From Nitrospirota bacterium (GTDB lineage: Bacteria; Nitrospirota; Nitrospiria; Nitrospirales; Nitrospiraceae), in the NCBI GenBank assembly GCA_963701855.1, contig CAVPBK010000011.1:64001-128000 (forward strand): 64,000 bases of DNA, in the 5' to 3' direction. Under the pieces are notes generated by a model. That model ran no database searches, was not told the DNA's origin, and saw only the letters and a program-made list of their open reading frames with translations. Below, in pieces: positions 1-10,760 of the stretch; the stretch's first letter is position 1; every line of letters begins with the position of its first letter. Both the position numbers and the translations under genes were made by a program.

Positions 1-1214
1 GCGCACTGTCCACCATATAGGTGTCGTCGCCGAACCCACCATCAGGTTATCGTCGCCGCGCCGCCGATCAGAATGTCGTTACCGGCAAGCCCGGAACAGG
101 TCGTCACCATCGCCCCCGCCTCCCCCCCGAAAGAATGTTGTGGCCGATGTTGCCGGTGAGAATATTGGCGAGCGCATTGCCGGTGCCGTTGAGGTTACCT
201 GCGCCAATAAGCGTCAGGTTCTCCACATTGGCACCGAGCGTGAAGCTCGCCGCCGAGCTTTGCACCAGGTCGATGCCAGGCGCAGGGGGCAAGCGATTCG
301 GCGGCGATGTCACCCGACTGTCCACCACATAGATGTCGTTGCCCGCGCCGCCATCCATCGCATGTTGCCTGTACCACCGTTGAGGGTGTGTTACAGCTAG
401 CCCGTGAGCTGTGTCGTTGCCGTCGGCGCCATTGAGGACATTGGCCGCGCTGTTGCCGGTGAGGCCGTTGGCTCCGCCGTCACCGGTGGCATTGATCGCG
501 GCAGTGCCGGTGCTCAGCACATTCTCACTGAGTAAACTGTAGGCAAGGTTGGGGTTCGGACGCTGCGGTTGATGTTCACCTTGTCGGTCCCCTCGTCGGC
601 GTTCTCGGTCACCACGTCGCGGCAGGCTGTCGACCACGTAGATGTCGTTGCCCATCCCTCCGGTCAGGATGTCCTTGCCCGAACCTCCGTCCAGCGTATC
701 GCTCCCCACACCGCCAGTCAGAGTATCGTTACCCCATCCCCGCCCATTGAGAACGTTCATCCGCCCCCACCATCGCTCTCGTGCCTTCGAGCCGATGATG
801 AATTGTCGCCGTCGCTGCCGGTGACCGTCGCTGAACCGCCTATCCCCGAGACAGTGAGGTTCTCGAAGTTGGTTTGCGTGAGGGCGTTCCAGCCACGCCG
901 CCGATTGAGACCGCCTGATCGGTCGACGAGGCCAGATCGACCTCCACTACGTGGTCGCCCGGCACGAACCGTTGAGTACCAGCGTGTCGTCTCCGCTCCG
1001 GCATCAATCGTATCCACGTTGCCGGCCGTGACCAACATGGTGATCTGGTCGTCGCCCGCATCTCCATTAATGGTGTCCTGACCCAAGCCGCCGATGAGCG
1101 TATCGTCGCCGGCACCACCATCCAGCGTGTCGTTTCCCACCGAGGCCGTTCAGTACGTCATTGTCGGGGCCACCGTTGAGCGTGTCAGGTCCCGGCCCGC
1201 GTAATGATTGCCAT
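1..1214 (-). pseudogene. RTX/hemolysin-type Ca2+-binding repeat protein, 5' part, heavily frameshifted, runs off the left edge
   Basis: GGAGG RBS then ATG at 1214 (MAIIT..GPDTLNGGPDNDVLNGLGG). GGxGxD repeats and TLGANVENLTL modules continue across ORFs 757..1140 and 104..760 through many frame changes. May be assembly indels rather than true decay. Confidence 0.85.
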
Positions 1215-1298
1215 AACGCATACCTCCCTCTAAGTATCACGCCACGAATAGAGCAACGCCTGACTTCCTTGCAATCGGTTAACAGCAGCAACTAGTCT

Positions 1299-1364
1299 CG
1301 CTGGAAAGGGAGCTGGGACTACTTAACTTCCTGATCGGGAAGCAGCCCAGAACTAATTACAAAT
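1299..1364 (-). promoter_or_regulatory. Conserved upstream block of RTX genes, copy 1
   Basis: + strand gactacttaacttcctgatcgggaagcagcccagaact matches blocks at 5533 and 10711; about 100 nt upstream of the ATG at 1214. Confidence 0.55.
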
Positions 1365-1817
1365 CGGGCTTGATGGAGCGCTCAACAGCCCCACCACGAA
1401 GTTCCCCATCTCACACTTCCTTCTCGTCATGTCTTTTAATTGCACAAACCTATGCGCTCTGGTTTATTCCATTGTCAAGAATAACCCTCGCCTATTTTAT
1501 AACCCCCCCCATAAGGGGGATATTGATGAATACAGAGGTGCTTATGTCAGCAGAAACCCGACGTTGGTAGACTGCGGCAGTGAAGTAGGAGGCGGTGCGG
1601 AGGGTTCTCAGTCTCGGCTGGGTCGTCATTCCACGCTCGGAGGTACTTCCCATGCCGAGTTCGAGATGAGCCGGCTGTGGCATAGCCGGCTGTCTAGGGA
1701 ATTGGGGAAAGGTTACGAACGGCTCCCCCCTTCTTTGCAGATCACCCAACAGGCTTTTTCATGGTTTACATGTGATCTCTTGCGCCATACTCCTTATCCA
1801 TCATGCCTCACGGCTTC

Positions 1818-4800
1818 TTACTGCCAGCTTGCGGCGAGGACGCCCTGGAACTGGGTTTGCTGTTGTGCGGTACCGACACCCCCGCTTGCATCGTCCCAGC
1901 TCAAGCCGGTATTTGTCGTGAATTGCGCCATGGCTTGGATGAGCTGATCCACTTGCGTGCTGAGCAGCGTTTGCCCATTGCCTGCTTGAATGGTTTCCGT
2001 CCGATTGGCCGTACCGACATACCAGTTCTGCACGGTGATCTGATCGGACGAGCCGTGAATTGCAAGTCGCAGATCGTTCGCCTGGCGGCTGATGACGAGA
2101 TCCAGCGGGTTGATGCCCCCGTCGAACAACACCTTGTCCGCGGCGCCACTATTGTCCTGGATAAGATCCTGCCCATCGCCACTGCCAAAGAGGAAGGTAT
2201 CGTTCCCACTGCCTCCGTTCACCGTGTCATTCCCAAGTCCCCCACGCAGCGTGTCGTTGCCGGCCAGTCCGGAGAGCACGTTGTTGCCGCTGTTGCCGGT
2301 AAGAATGTTGGCCAGCCCATTGCCCGCGCCGTTCAGGTTGTCACTCCCCGTCAGCTCCAGATTTTCTACATTGGCGGTAAGCGTGTAGTTGATGGAAGCA
2401 ACCACTATGTCGCTGCCGGCGGCGAGCCCTTCGCTCACTACATCGGTCAAGGCGTTCACAACGTAGCGGTCACTACCTGTGCCCCCGATTAGCAGGTTGT
2501 TACCCAAGCCCCCGTTTAGGGTGTCGTCGCCGCCACCGCCCTTGAGCACATCGTTGAAATCGGTGCCGATGAGCACGTTCGCGCCCGCGTTGCCGGTAAT
2601 GGATAGCCCGCTATTGAGCGCGGATGCATCCACATTCAGCGCAGCCGTGCCGGTGGTCAGCCCCGTGGCCGTGCCGATCACCACGCTCTCTACCCCCACG
2701 ACATCAGGGCTGAGCACCAAGGTCTCGCCACCGGTGGTGCTGGTGAAGCGGATCACGTCGGCGCCCGCCCCTCCATTGATCACCTCGCCCACGCCATGAT
2801 CGGCGGCATTCCCGATCAGGATGACATCGTTGCCGTCCCCGCCGTTCAAAATATCATCGCTTGCGCCGCCATTCAGCGTGTCGTTGCCCGCACCGCCGTT
2901 CAGCGTGTCCGCGCCATTCGAGCCGATCAGGAGATTGGCGCCGGCACTGCCGGTGACAGTTACTGCATTGCCCAGTCCTAGTCCCGACGCATCCAGATTC
3001 TCGAAGTTCTTCTGGACCAGCGTCTCGAGATTGATCGTGCCGATGCGGGTTACCTGGTCGGTCACGGAGGACAAATCCACCACCACCACACCGTCCCCAT
3101 CGACCGCGCCGCTGAGCGCCAGCGTATCGGTGCCCGCGCCCCCGTCCGCAACGTCCACATCCCCCGCAGTCACCTGCATGACGAGGACGTCGTTCCCTAC
3201 CCCCCCGTCGACAGTGTCTTGCCCCGCGCCGCCAATGAGCGTGTCGTTGCCCGCCAGTCCGAAGAGCACGTTGTTGCCGTTATTGCCGGCTATGCTATTG
3301 TTGAGCGCATTGCCGGTACCGATGAGGCCAGCTCCCGTTAGCTCCAGATTCTCCACATTGGCGGTGAGGGTGTAGTTAAGGGAGGCCACCACGGTGTCGG
3401 TGCCCGCGTTCAGCCCTTCGCTCACCAGATTCGTCGCAGCGTCCACGACATAGTGATCGTTCCCGGTGCCCCCGAGCAGCGTATTGGTGCCGCCTCCGCC
3501 ATTTAAGGTATCATTGCCCGCGCCCCCGTTCAGGATATCGTTTCCACCGGTGCCGGTCAGCACGTTGTCGCCGGCGTTGCCGGTGAGGGAGAGCCCGCTA
3601 CTGAGTGCGGACGCATCCACGTTGAGTGCGGTCGTGCCGGTGGTCAGCCCCGCCGCATTGGCGATCACGACGCTCTCTACCCCCGTGACATCAGGGCTGA
3701 GCACCAAGGTCTCGCCACCGGTGGTGCTGGTGAAGCGGATCACGTCGGCGCCCGCCCCTCCATTGATCACCTCGCCCACGCCATGATCGGCGACATTCCC
3801 GATCAGGATGACATCGTTGCCGTCCCCGCCGTTGAGCGTATCGTCGCCCGCCCCCCCGTTCAGCGTGTCGTTGCCCGCGCCCCCGTTCAGCGTGTCCGCG
3901 CCATTCGAGCCGATCAAGAGATTGGCGCCAGCACTGCCGGTGACAGTCACTGACCCGCCCAGCCCCGACGCATCCAGATTCTCGAAGTTCTTCTGCACCA
4001 GCGTGTCGTCAGGCACACCGCCGATGGACGTGACCTGGTCGATCAGTGAGGACAAATCCACCACCACCACGCCGTCCCCGTCGACCGCGCCGCCAAGCGC
4101 CAGCGTGTCGGTACCTGAGCCCCCGTCCGCGACGTCCACGTTGCCACTGGTGACCAGGATAACGATGCGGTCGTTCCCGGTGCCGCTGATGACCGTATCC
4201 TGACCCGCGCCGCCAATGAGCGTGTCGTTGCCCGCATTGCCGCTGAGTACATCGCCAAAGCCGGTGCCGGTGAGTATGTTTGCGCCATTGTTGCCGGTGA
4301 GGGACAAGCCGCTTCCTACCGCGGAGGCGTCCACGTTCAGCGCGGTCAGTCCCGCGGTCACCCCGGCGGCCGTGCCGATCACCACACTTTCCACCGCAGT
4401 GACGCCCGGAGCCAGCACCAGGGTCTGACCGGCGCTGGTGCTGGTGAAGCGGATCACGTCCGTGCCCGCACCCCCGTCAATTGCCTCGCCCACACCATGG
4501 TCGGTGGCATTCCCGATCAGAATGACATCGTTGCCGTCTCCCCCAATCAGCGTATCGTCGCCCGCGCCGCCATTCAAAATATCATTCCCGGCGCCGCCAT
4601 CGAGGCTATCGTTGCCACCCCCGCCGTTCAGCGTGTCGTTGCCATCCCCGCCGATCAGCATATCCGCGTTGGGTCCGCTGATAGTGATCGTGTCGTTGCC
4701 GGCGCCGCCATAAAACGTCATTCCGGCCCCTGAGCTGTTGGTATAGGCGATGGTGTCATTACCCGACATCTGATTGCCGACGACGGAAAAGAGATCATTG

Positions 4801-5429
4801 ACCGTCGCCAGTTGAGCAGAAGCGAGTGCTGCCTCAACCACATCGATCGACAGCGATAAGCCGGTCATCTTGATCGTATTGAGACCTGAGACAACCGAGA
4901 TCCCAGTTACCGTGCCCGTCAGGTCCGCCGCTACGTCGTCGCCCGTTATCCTGATGTTTCCGCTGAACGTTGCCGTGGCCGAACCAATTACTGCCACAAG
5001 CGATGTGACCGTGCCGGAATAGGTATCATTCGAGAAGATCGTGAAGTTGCCGTTGATCTTCTCTAAGTAACCCGTGGAGCCAAATGTAGTCAACGTGAGC
5101 AGCTCATTGCCGATTCCATCGAAGAAGCCCGTATATCTCAGGACCTCGCCAGTAGCGCTGTTGGTGAAGTCAAATGCAGTCAAAGAGTTAATGAACGATG
5201 GGAAGTTGTCCATCCCTGTACCAGCGAGCCGCAGTCTTCCTCCAGAAACAAGATCTACGACCAGCAAGGTTGGAGTTCGAGAGACAATGGAATAATTGGC
5301 AGAGTTATCTAGCTCCGTAGTTATCTGCTCAGAGCGATTGTTAATCTGTGTGATGTGGGCGGCAAAATCCACCTGACTGAGCGAGATCGTCGACCAATCG
5401 ATTGAGGATGAGCCAGTGATGAGTGCCAT
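1818..5429 (-). CDS. Intact 1203-aa RTX-type Ca2+-binding secreted protein with HCBP-like C-terminal T1SS signal region
   Basis: Dozens of GGxGNDxL nonapeptides; repeated VENLELTG modules; C-terminus ISRQANDLRLAIHGSSDQITVQNWY...QLIQAMAQF; no Sec signal; GGGAG RBS. Confidence 0.93.
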   Translation of the reverse strand: MALITGSSSIDWSTISLSQVDFAAHITQINNRSEQITTELDNSANYSIVSRTPTLLVVDLVSGGRLRLAGTGMDNFPSFINSLTAFDFTNSATGEVLRYTGFFDGIGNELLTLTTFGSTGYLEKINGNFTIFSNDTYSGTVTSLVAVIGSATATFSGNIRITGDDVAADLTGTVTGISVVSGLNTIKMTGLSLSIDVVEAALASAQLATVNDLFSVVGNQMSGNDTIAYTNSSGAGMTFYGGAGNDTITISGPNADMLIGGDGNDTLNGGGGNDSLDGGAGNDILNGGAGDDTLIGGDGNDVILIGNATDHGVGEAIDGGAGTDVIRFTSTSAGQTLVLAPGVTAVESVVIGTAAGVTAGLTALNVDASAVGSGLSLTGNNGANILTGTGFGDVLSGNAGNDTLIGGAGQDTVISGTGNDRIVILVTSGNVDVADGGSGTDTLALGGAVDGDGVVVVDLSSLIDQVTSIGGVPDDTLVQKNFENLDASGLGGSVTVTGSAGANLLIGSNGADTLNGGAGNDTLNGGAGDDTLNGGDGNDVILIGNVADHGVGEVINGGAGADVIRFTSTTGGETLVLSPDVTGVESVVIANAAGLTTGTTALNVDASALSSGLSLTGNAGDNVLTGTGGNDILNGGAGNDTLNGGGGTNTLLGGTGNDHYVVDAATNLVSEGLNAGTDTVVASLNYTLTANVENLELTGAGLIGTGNALNNSIAGNNGNNVLFGLAGNDTLIGGAGQDTVDGGVGNDVLVMQVTAGDVDVADGGAGTDTLALSGAVDGDGVVVVDLSSVTDQVTRIGTINLETLVQKNFENLDASGLGLGNAVTVTGSAGANLLIGSNGADTLNGGAGNDTLNGGASDDILNGGDGNDVILIGNAADHGVGEVINGGAGADVIRFTSTTGGETLVLSPDVVGVESVVIGTATGLTTGTAALNVDASALNSGLSITGNAGANVLIGTDFNDVLKGGGGDDTLNGGLGNNLLIGGTGSDRYVVNALTDVVSEGLAAGSDIVVASINYTLTANVENLELTGSDNLNGAGNGLANILTGNSGNNVLSGLAGNDTLRGGLGNDTVNGGSGNDTFLFGSGDGQDLIQDNSGAADKVLFDGGINPLDLVISRQANDLRLAIHGSSDQITVQNWYVGTANRTETIQAGNGQTLLSTQVDQLIQAMAQFTTNTGLSWDDASGGVGTAQQQTQFQGVLAASWQ

Positions 5430-5512
5430 AATGCATACTCTCCCGTGGATGTCATGTCATCAGCATGCTTACGTCCGGCTTACTTCCGGCTAACGTGCGA
5501 CAGTAATTATCT

Positions 5513-5582
5513 ATGCTGGAGCGGGTGACGAAGACTACTTCACGTTATGATCGGGAAGCTGCCAGAACTGGGTACAGATACA
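5513..5582 (-). promoter_or_regulatory. Conserved upstream block of RTX genes, copy 2
   Basis: gactacttcacgttatgatcgggaagctgccagaactgggtacagataca, about 104 nt upstream of the ATG at 5429. Confidence 0.55.
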
Positions 5583-6066
5583 GTTCCATCAAATAGCTAC
5601 ATGCCCCCGCGACGTTTCCCTCTCCCGCCGCTCTTCCCTTCTGTCATTGCGTGAGCCTCTATGCTCCAATTTCATTCATCGCCAAGTACTAGAAGCCTGC
5701 ATTGATTTGCGTGCAATGCGGGGGCCGATGCATTCGATGAGGAGCACCGTCAGTGCGAGGGTAAGATTGGCTCCTCAGAGTGTCGTCATGCAGGACATCT
5801 TCAACGTTCACTTGGCCTCACTATACTCTGTTGACGGCACAGGCCCAATTCCTCGGTGGGGGGGAGTTCTCCTCGGTGGGGGGAATTCAAGGAACAGAGA
5901 GGCAGGAATCTATTCTGATCACGCCGCTGCCGGCTTCATGGGTCGGCTTTGCAAACTGCAGAAAACTGAAAGGAATATCGTGGCACGCCATAGTTTCAAG
6001 GGCCTGCACGTCTTGCGCAACAGGAGAACCCTACCGAAGGGTAACCAAGTAAAACTGGCTGGATTG

Positions 6067-6204
6067 GCGAGACGGGCGGGGTTCGAGGTCCGAAGGTCGA
6101 GGTTTTCGGAACTTCGAACCTCGAACTTCAGATCGCGCTTTTCTCGCATCTCTCGCGCTTCACGCGCCACGGTCTGTGTCCCTGGCGGGTTGCTTCAACA
6201 TCCC
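6067..6204 (+). repeat. Modular intergenic repeat, family B, with 7-mer hairpin core
   Basis: Ends gcgagacgggcggg ... cgcgcttcacgcgccacggtctgt are shared with 36402-36505 and, reversed, 32690-32813; core ggttcgaggtccgaagg...cttcgaacctcgaac. Confidence 0.7.
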
Positions 6205-6207
6205 ATG

Positions 6208-7485
6208 CTACTGCCAGTTCGCGGCGAGGATGCCCTGGAACTGCGTTTGGTCACCAGCACCCCCGCTCGCATCGTCCCAGCTCACGCCGGTATTTATCGT
6301 GAATTGAGCCATGGCTTGAATCAACTGATCGACTTGCGTGCTGAGCAGCACATCGCCATTGCCAGCCTGGATCGTCTCCGTCCGATTGACCGAACCTGTG
6401 TACCAGTTCTGCACGGTGATTTGGTCAGACGTGCCATGAATTGCAATCCGCAGATCGTTGGCTTGGCGGCTGATCACGAGGTCCAGCGGATTGATGTTAG
6501 TGTCGAATGATATCTGGTCGGCCGTGCCACTGCTGTCCTTGACCACATCTTGTCCATCGCCGCGGCTAAAGAGGAAGGTATCTTGGCCGCTACCACCGTT
6601 TACGGTGTCGTTCCCCAGACCGCCACGCAGGATGTCGTTGCCGGCCAGTCCAGAGAGTGTGTTGTCGCCGCTGTTGCCGGTGATGCTGTTATTGAGCGTG
6701 TTGCCGGTGCCATTCAGGTTCTCCAACCCGGTCAGCGTCAGGTGCTCGACATTGGCCCCCAGCGTATAGTTGACCGAGGATTGCACCGTGTCGTCGGTGC
6801 CGGCGTTCAGCGCTTCCGTAACAACGTCGGTGGTCACATCCACAAAATAGGTGTCGTCACCCAGGCCCCCGGCCATCTTGTCCGCGCCGGCTCCACCATC
6901 GAGGGTATCATCGCCCGCCCCGCCGAGGAGCTGGTCGTTGCCGTCCAGGCCCATGAGCTGGTTGTTCCCGCTGTTGCCGGTGAGAATGTTGGCGAGTTCG
7001 TTGCCGCTGCCGTTAATGTTAGCGATGCCAAGCAGGGTCAGGTTCTCAATATTGGAATTGGCCTCCAGCGTGAAATTTGCCGCAGAGCTTTGCACGAGAT
7101 CCTTGCCCCCGGCGGCGCCGACCCCTGTTTCGCGAGCCCAATCACCGGGGCTGTCCACCACGTAGGTATCATTGCCCGCGCCGCCATCCATCACATCGTT
7201 GCCTGTCCCGCCGTTGAGGGTGTCATTGCCCAAGCCGCCATTCATCGTGTCGCCGCCGTCCGAACCAATGAGACTATTGGCGCCGGCGCTCCCAGTGACG
7301 TGCACTGAACTGCCCAGCCCCGAGGCATCGAAGTTCTCGAAGCCATCCTGCACCAGCGTGTCGTCTGGTGTGCCGCCGATGAACACCACCTGATCGGCCA
7401 CCGACAGATCGACATCCACGACGCCGGTGAGGGGCCCCCCCACTGAGCACGAGTGTGTCGATGCCCACCCCGCCGTGGGCCACAT
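6208..7485 (-). CDS. RTX paralog 3, C-terminal fragment with T1SS signal region
   Basis: GGxGxD repeats; C-terminus nearly identical to that of 1818..5429. Confidence 0.85.
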   Translation of the reverse strand: MWPTAGWASTHSCSVGGPLTGVVDVDLSVADQVVFIGGTPDDTLVQDGFENFDASGLGSSVHVTGSAGANSLIGSDGGDTMNGGLGNDTLNGGTGNDVMDGGAGNDTYVVDSPGDWARETGVGAAGGKDLVQSSAANFTLEANSNIENLTLLGIANINGSGNELANILTGNSGNNQLMGLDGNDQLLGGAGDDTLDGGAGADKMAGGLGDDTYFVDVTTDVVTEALNAGTDDTVQSSVNYTLGANVEHLTLTGLENLNGTGNTLNNSITGNSGDNTLSGLAGNDILRGGLGNDTVNGGSGQDTFLFSRGDGQDVVKDSSGTADQISFDTNINPLDLVISRQANDLRIAIHGTSDQITVQNWYTGSVNRTETIQAGNGDVLLSTQVDQLIQAMAQFTINTGVSWDDASGGAGDQTQFQGILAANWQ

Positions 7486-8630
7486 CCACGTCGCCAGTCG
7501 TGACCTCCATCACGACGAAGTCGTTCCCCACACTCCCGTCGACGGTGTCTTCACCTGTGCCGCCCACCAAAAAGTCGTTCCCTGCGCCGCCATTCAGGGT
7601 ATCCGCATCCCCATTGCCGAACAACAAGTCGTTCCCGCCCAACCCGTTCAACGTTTCGTTCGTACTGGATCCGGCGATCAGATCTTGTTGGGCGCCGCCG
7701 GTATGGTTGGGGTCTGTGTTGAGCAGATACAACCCAGTCCCTGGTCCATACCCGGCAAACGATGCACCCCCCTCGAATCGGGACCCTCGACCTTGCTGCC
7801 CGTGTATTGGTCTACTATGGTCACTGAGCCCCCGAGTCCTGAGCCGACAAGATTATTCCCACTTTCTCGAAGTTCAGCCCGGGCAGGTCAGCGCGGTTCG
7901 CCACAATGACAATCGTGTCGGTCCCACCGCTCTCCGTGATCGTGTCGTTGCCTTCAAACACGTTGAAACGATACGTATCATCCCCCTCCCCGCCGTTGAG
8001 CGCGTTGCTGCCTGCTGGCCCCCCGTTGAGAATATCATTGCCCAAGCCGCCATTTATCGTGTCGTCGCCGAGCGAGCCGGTGAGGATATTGGCGCCGTCG
8101 CTCCCAGTGACGTTCACGGAACTGATGTAATTCAGCCCTGAGGCATCGAGGTTCTCAAAGCCATCCTGCACCAGCGGGTCCGCCACGCCGCCGATGGACA
8201 CCACCTGATCGGCCACCGACAGATCGACCTCCGTGACGCCGGTGGTGAGGAAATCTCCCCCACTGAGCACGAGCGTGTCGGTGCCCGTCCCGCCGTGGGC
8301 CTCATCCATGTCGCTGGTCGTGCCCTCCATGACAATGAAGTCATTCCCCACACTCCCGTCGACGGTGTCGTGACCTGTGCCGCCCACCAAGAAGTCGTTC
8401 CCCGCGCCGCCATTCAGGGTATCTGTATTCCCATTGCCGAACAACAAGTCGTTCCCGCCCAACCCATTCAACGTCTCGTTCGTATTGTCCCCGGCGATCA
8501 GATCTTGTTGGGCGCCGCCAATATCGTCGGGGTGTGTTGAGCAGATACGACGCCGTCCCTGCTCCATACCCGGCAAACGAGGCACCCCCCTCAATTCGGA
8601 GACTCTCGACCTTGCCGCCGGGCCCAGCAT
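7274..8630 (-). pseudogene. RTX paralog 3, frameshifted middle part (ORFs 7274..7732 and 7821..8630)
   Basis: Two copies of GGAQQDLIAG..NETLNGLGGNDLLFGNG; continuity with the flanking ORFs needs several frame changes. Confidence 0.8.
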
Positions 8631-10560
8631 ATTGGCCCACCATAGTCGTTGTGGTTCCGAGTAGCGAGGCGACCAGATCAGTTCCGGTTTGCTCGAAGTT
8701 CAGCCCGCGCAGGTCCACGCCGTTCGCCACAATAACACTCGTGTCGGTCCCACCGCTCTCCGTGATCGTGTCGTCGCCTCCACCCGGGAAGATCAGGTTG
8801 AGACGATACTTATTAATTCCCTTTTCCCCGCCGTTGAGCGCGTCGTTGCCCGCCCCCCCGTTGAGAATATCATTGCCGGCATTTCCCGTGAGCGTGTCAT
8901 TGCCACCGCCCCCGTTGAGGATATTGGCCGCGCTGTTGCCGGTGAGAAGATTGTCGCCGGCATCCCCGGTCGCGTTGATTGCTGCAACGCCGGTCAGCAC
9001 CACATTCTCAATCGCCGTAAAGGGCTCGACGTTCAGATCAACCGTGCGGTTAATCTGAATCGTGTCGGTGCCTTCATCGGCCTGCTCCCTGATGCCGTCG
9101 CCGAGGTTGTCAATCACGTACGTATCGTTGCCCAGCCCGCCGATCATGTAGTCGGCCCCGAGTCCCCCATCGAGCTGGTCGTCACCCGCGCGGCCTGTGA
9201 AGGTGTCGTTACCGGCCAGGCCAGAGAGTGCGTTGTTGCCGCTGTTGCCGGTGAGGATGTTATTGAGCGTGTTGCCGGTGCCGCTGCTGGCCGCTCCTGT
9301 GAGCGTCAGGTTCTCCAGGTTGGCCCCCAGTGTGTAGTTCAGCGTGGCCACCACCGTGTCGGTACCTGCATTGAGCCCCTCAGTGACCACCTCGCCCGCC
9401 CTCTCCACCATGTAAAGGTCATCGCCCCCGCCCCCGACCATGATGTCATTACCACCGGCCCCTCCATCAATGATGTCGTTGCCCTTCGAGCCGATGATGC
9501 TATTGTCGCCCGCGCTGCCGATGACGTTCACTGAACCGCCGATCCCCGAGGCATTGAGATTCTCGAAGTTGATCTGCGTAAGGGCAGCAGCCACGCCGCC
9601 GATCGAGACCACCTGGTCGGTCGACAAGGAGAGATCAACCACTGCCACCTGGTCGCCAGGGACTATCCCACTGAGCACAAGTGTGTCGTTGCCATCCTCG
9701 GCATCGATGGTGTCCACGTTGCCGCCCGTGACCAGCATGGAGATCCGGTCATCGCCTGCACCTCCGGTGACGGTATCCTGACCCAGGCCACCGAACAGTG
9801 TGTCATTGCCATCGCCACCGTTCAGCGTATCTGCGTTGGGTCCGTTAATGGTAATCGTATCGTTGCCGGCGCCGCCGAAGAAGGTCATCCCGGCGCTTGA
9901 GTTGTTGGTATAGGTGATGGTGTCATTGCCCAGCATCTGGTTACCGACGACAGAGAAAAGGTCGTTCGCCGTGGCGACCGAGTCGAGCGCGTCGTATGGC
10001 AGCGACAGTCCGCTCATCACGATCACGTTGGTTCCCGACAGGACCGAGATCTCGGTAACAGTTCCGCTAATATTGAAATTTGTGTCCGCGACTAAGCTGC
10101 CCTTGAAGGTCGCTGTGTCAGCGCCAAGTTTTTCCTGTAACTGGGTAATGCTCCCTGAGGCATTGCCGTTTGTATCGATCACGATGTGTCCGATGATCGT
10201 TCCTTGAAAGCCCGGGAAGCCGACCTTGAGGCTATGAATGAATCCACTGGCGTCGATATTAATTCTGCCAGTGAAACTGATAACGTCGCCGGTCGAGGGA
10301 TTGCGGAAGTTGAACGAATTGATGATCAGGTCATTCGCGCCGAACCCGGATCCACTGGCGGTTAGTATTCCCCCAGAATTCAGTGTTAGCGAAAGAAATG
10401 TCGAAGTGGGCGGCGAGTTAAAATGGAACAAGCCGGCATCAATTTCACTTGCCACCTGATCAAACCGACTGGAAAACTCGTCAAGGTCCTGTTGGATGTC
10501 GATGGGATCCAGGGCGACGTCCGACCAATCGATCGTGGATGAGCCAGTGATTTGTGCCAT
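8341..10560 (-). CDS. RTX paralog 3, N-terminal part; the full gene is probably 6208..10560
   Basis: Start MAQITGSSTIDWS parallels MALITGSSSIDWS of 1818..5429; AAGGAG RBS; RTX repeats; frame lost near 8530. Confidence 0.88.
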   Translation of the reverse strand: MAQITGSSTIDWSDVALDPIDIQQDLDEFSSRFDQVASEIDAGLFHFNSPPTSTFLSLTLNSGGILTASGSGFGANDLIINSFNFRNPSTGDVISFTGRINIDASGFIHSLKVGFPGFQGTIIGHIVIDTNGNASGSITQLQEKLGADTATFKGSLVADTNFNISGTVTEISVLSGTNVIVMSGLSLPYDALDSVATANDLFSVVGNQMLGNDTITYTNNSSAGMTFFGGAGNDTITINGPNADTLNGGDGNDTLFGGLGQDTVTGGAGDDRISMLVTGGNVDTIDAEDGNDTLVLSGIVPGDQVAVVDLSLSTDQVVSIGGVAAALTQINFENLNASGIGGSVNVIGSAGDNSIIGSKGNDIIDGGAGGNDIMVGGGGDDLYMVERAGEVVTEGLNAGTDTVVATLNYTLGANLENLTLTGAASSGTGNTLNNILTGNSGNNALSGLAGNDTFTGRAGDDQLDGGLGADYMIGGLGNDTYVIDNLGDGIREQADEGTDTIQINRTVDLNVEPFTAIENVVLTGVAAINATGDAGDNLLTGNSAANILNGGGGNDTLTGNAGNDILNGGAGNDALNGGEKGINKYRLNLIFPGGGDDTITESGGTDTSVIVANGVDLRGLNFEQTGTDLVASLLGTTTTMVGQYAGPGGKVESLRIEGGASFAGYGAGTASYLLNTPRRYWRRPTRSDRRGQYERDVEWVGRERLVVRQWEYRYPEWRRGERLLGGRHRSRHRRRECGE

Positions 10561-10690
10561 AACGCCTACTCCTTGTCGGTCTCAGGCCGTGAGGATGCTA
10601 CGCTTGAGCTACTTCAACAGATCCCCCTCGATAGTGGCACGCCGTGAAGACCCTAAATGGCTACGTCAGGTCCCCTATCAGCAACCATCT

Positions 10691-10760
10691 ACGCTAGAAC
10701 GCGTGTCTAAGACTGCTTCACGTCAGGATCGGGGGACAGGCAGCACGGGTTACAAATACA
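10691..10760 (-). promoter_or_regulatory. Conserved upstream block of RTX genes, copy 3
   Basis: gactgcttcacgtcaggatcgggggacaggcagcacgggttacaaataca, about 150 nt upstream of the ATG at 10560. Confidence 0.5.

Noticed and set aside
1290..1420. RTX leader as a c-di-GMP or other known riboswitch
   Set aside because: No consensus of a known riboswitch and no clearly conserved pairing among the three copies by eye; kept only as an unassigned motif.
5647..6510. 287-aa plus-strand ORF
   Set aside because: Spans a repeat element and the antisense of an RTX tail; no recognisable domain.
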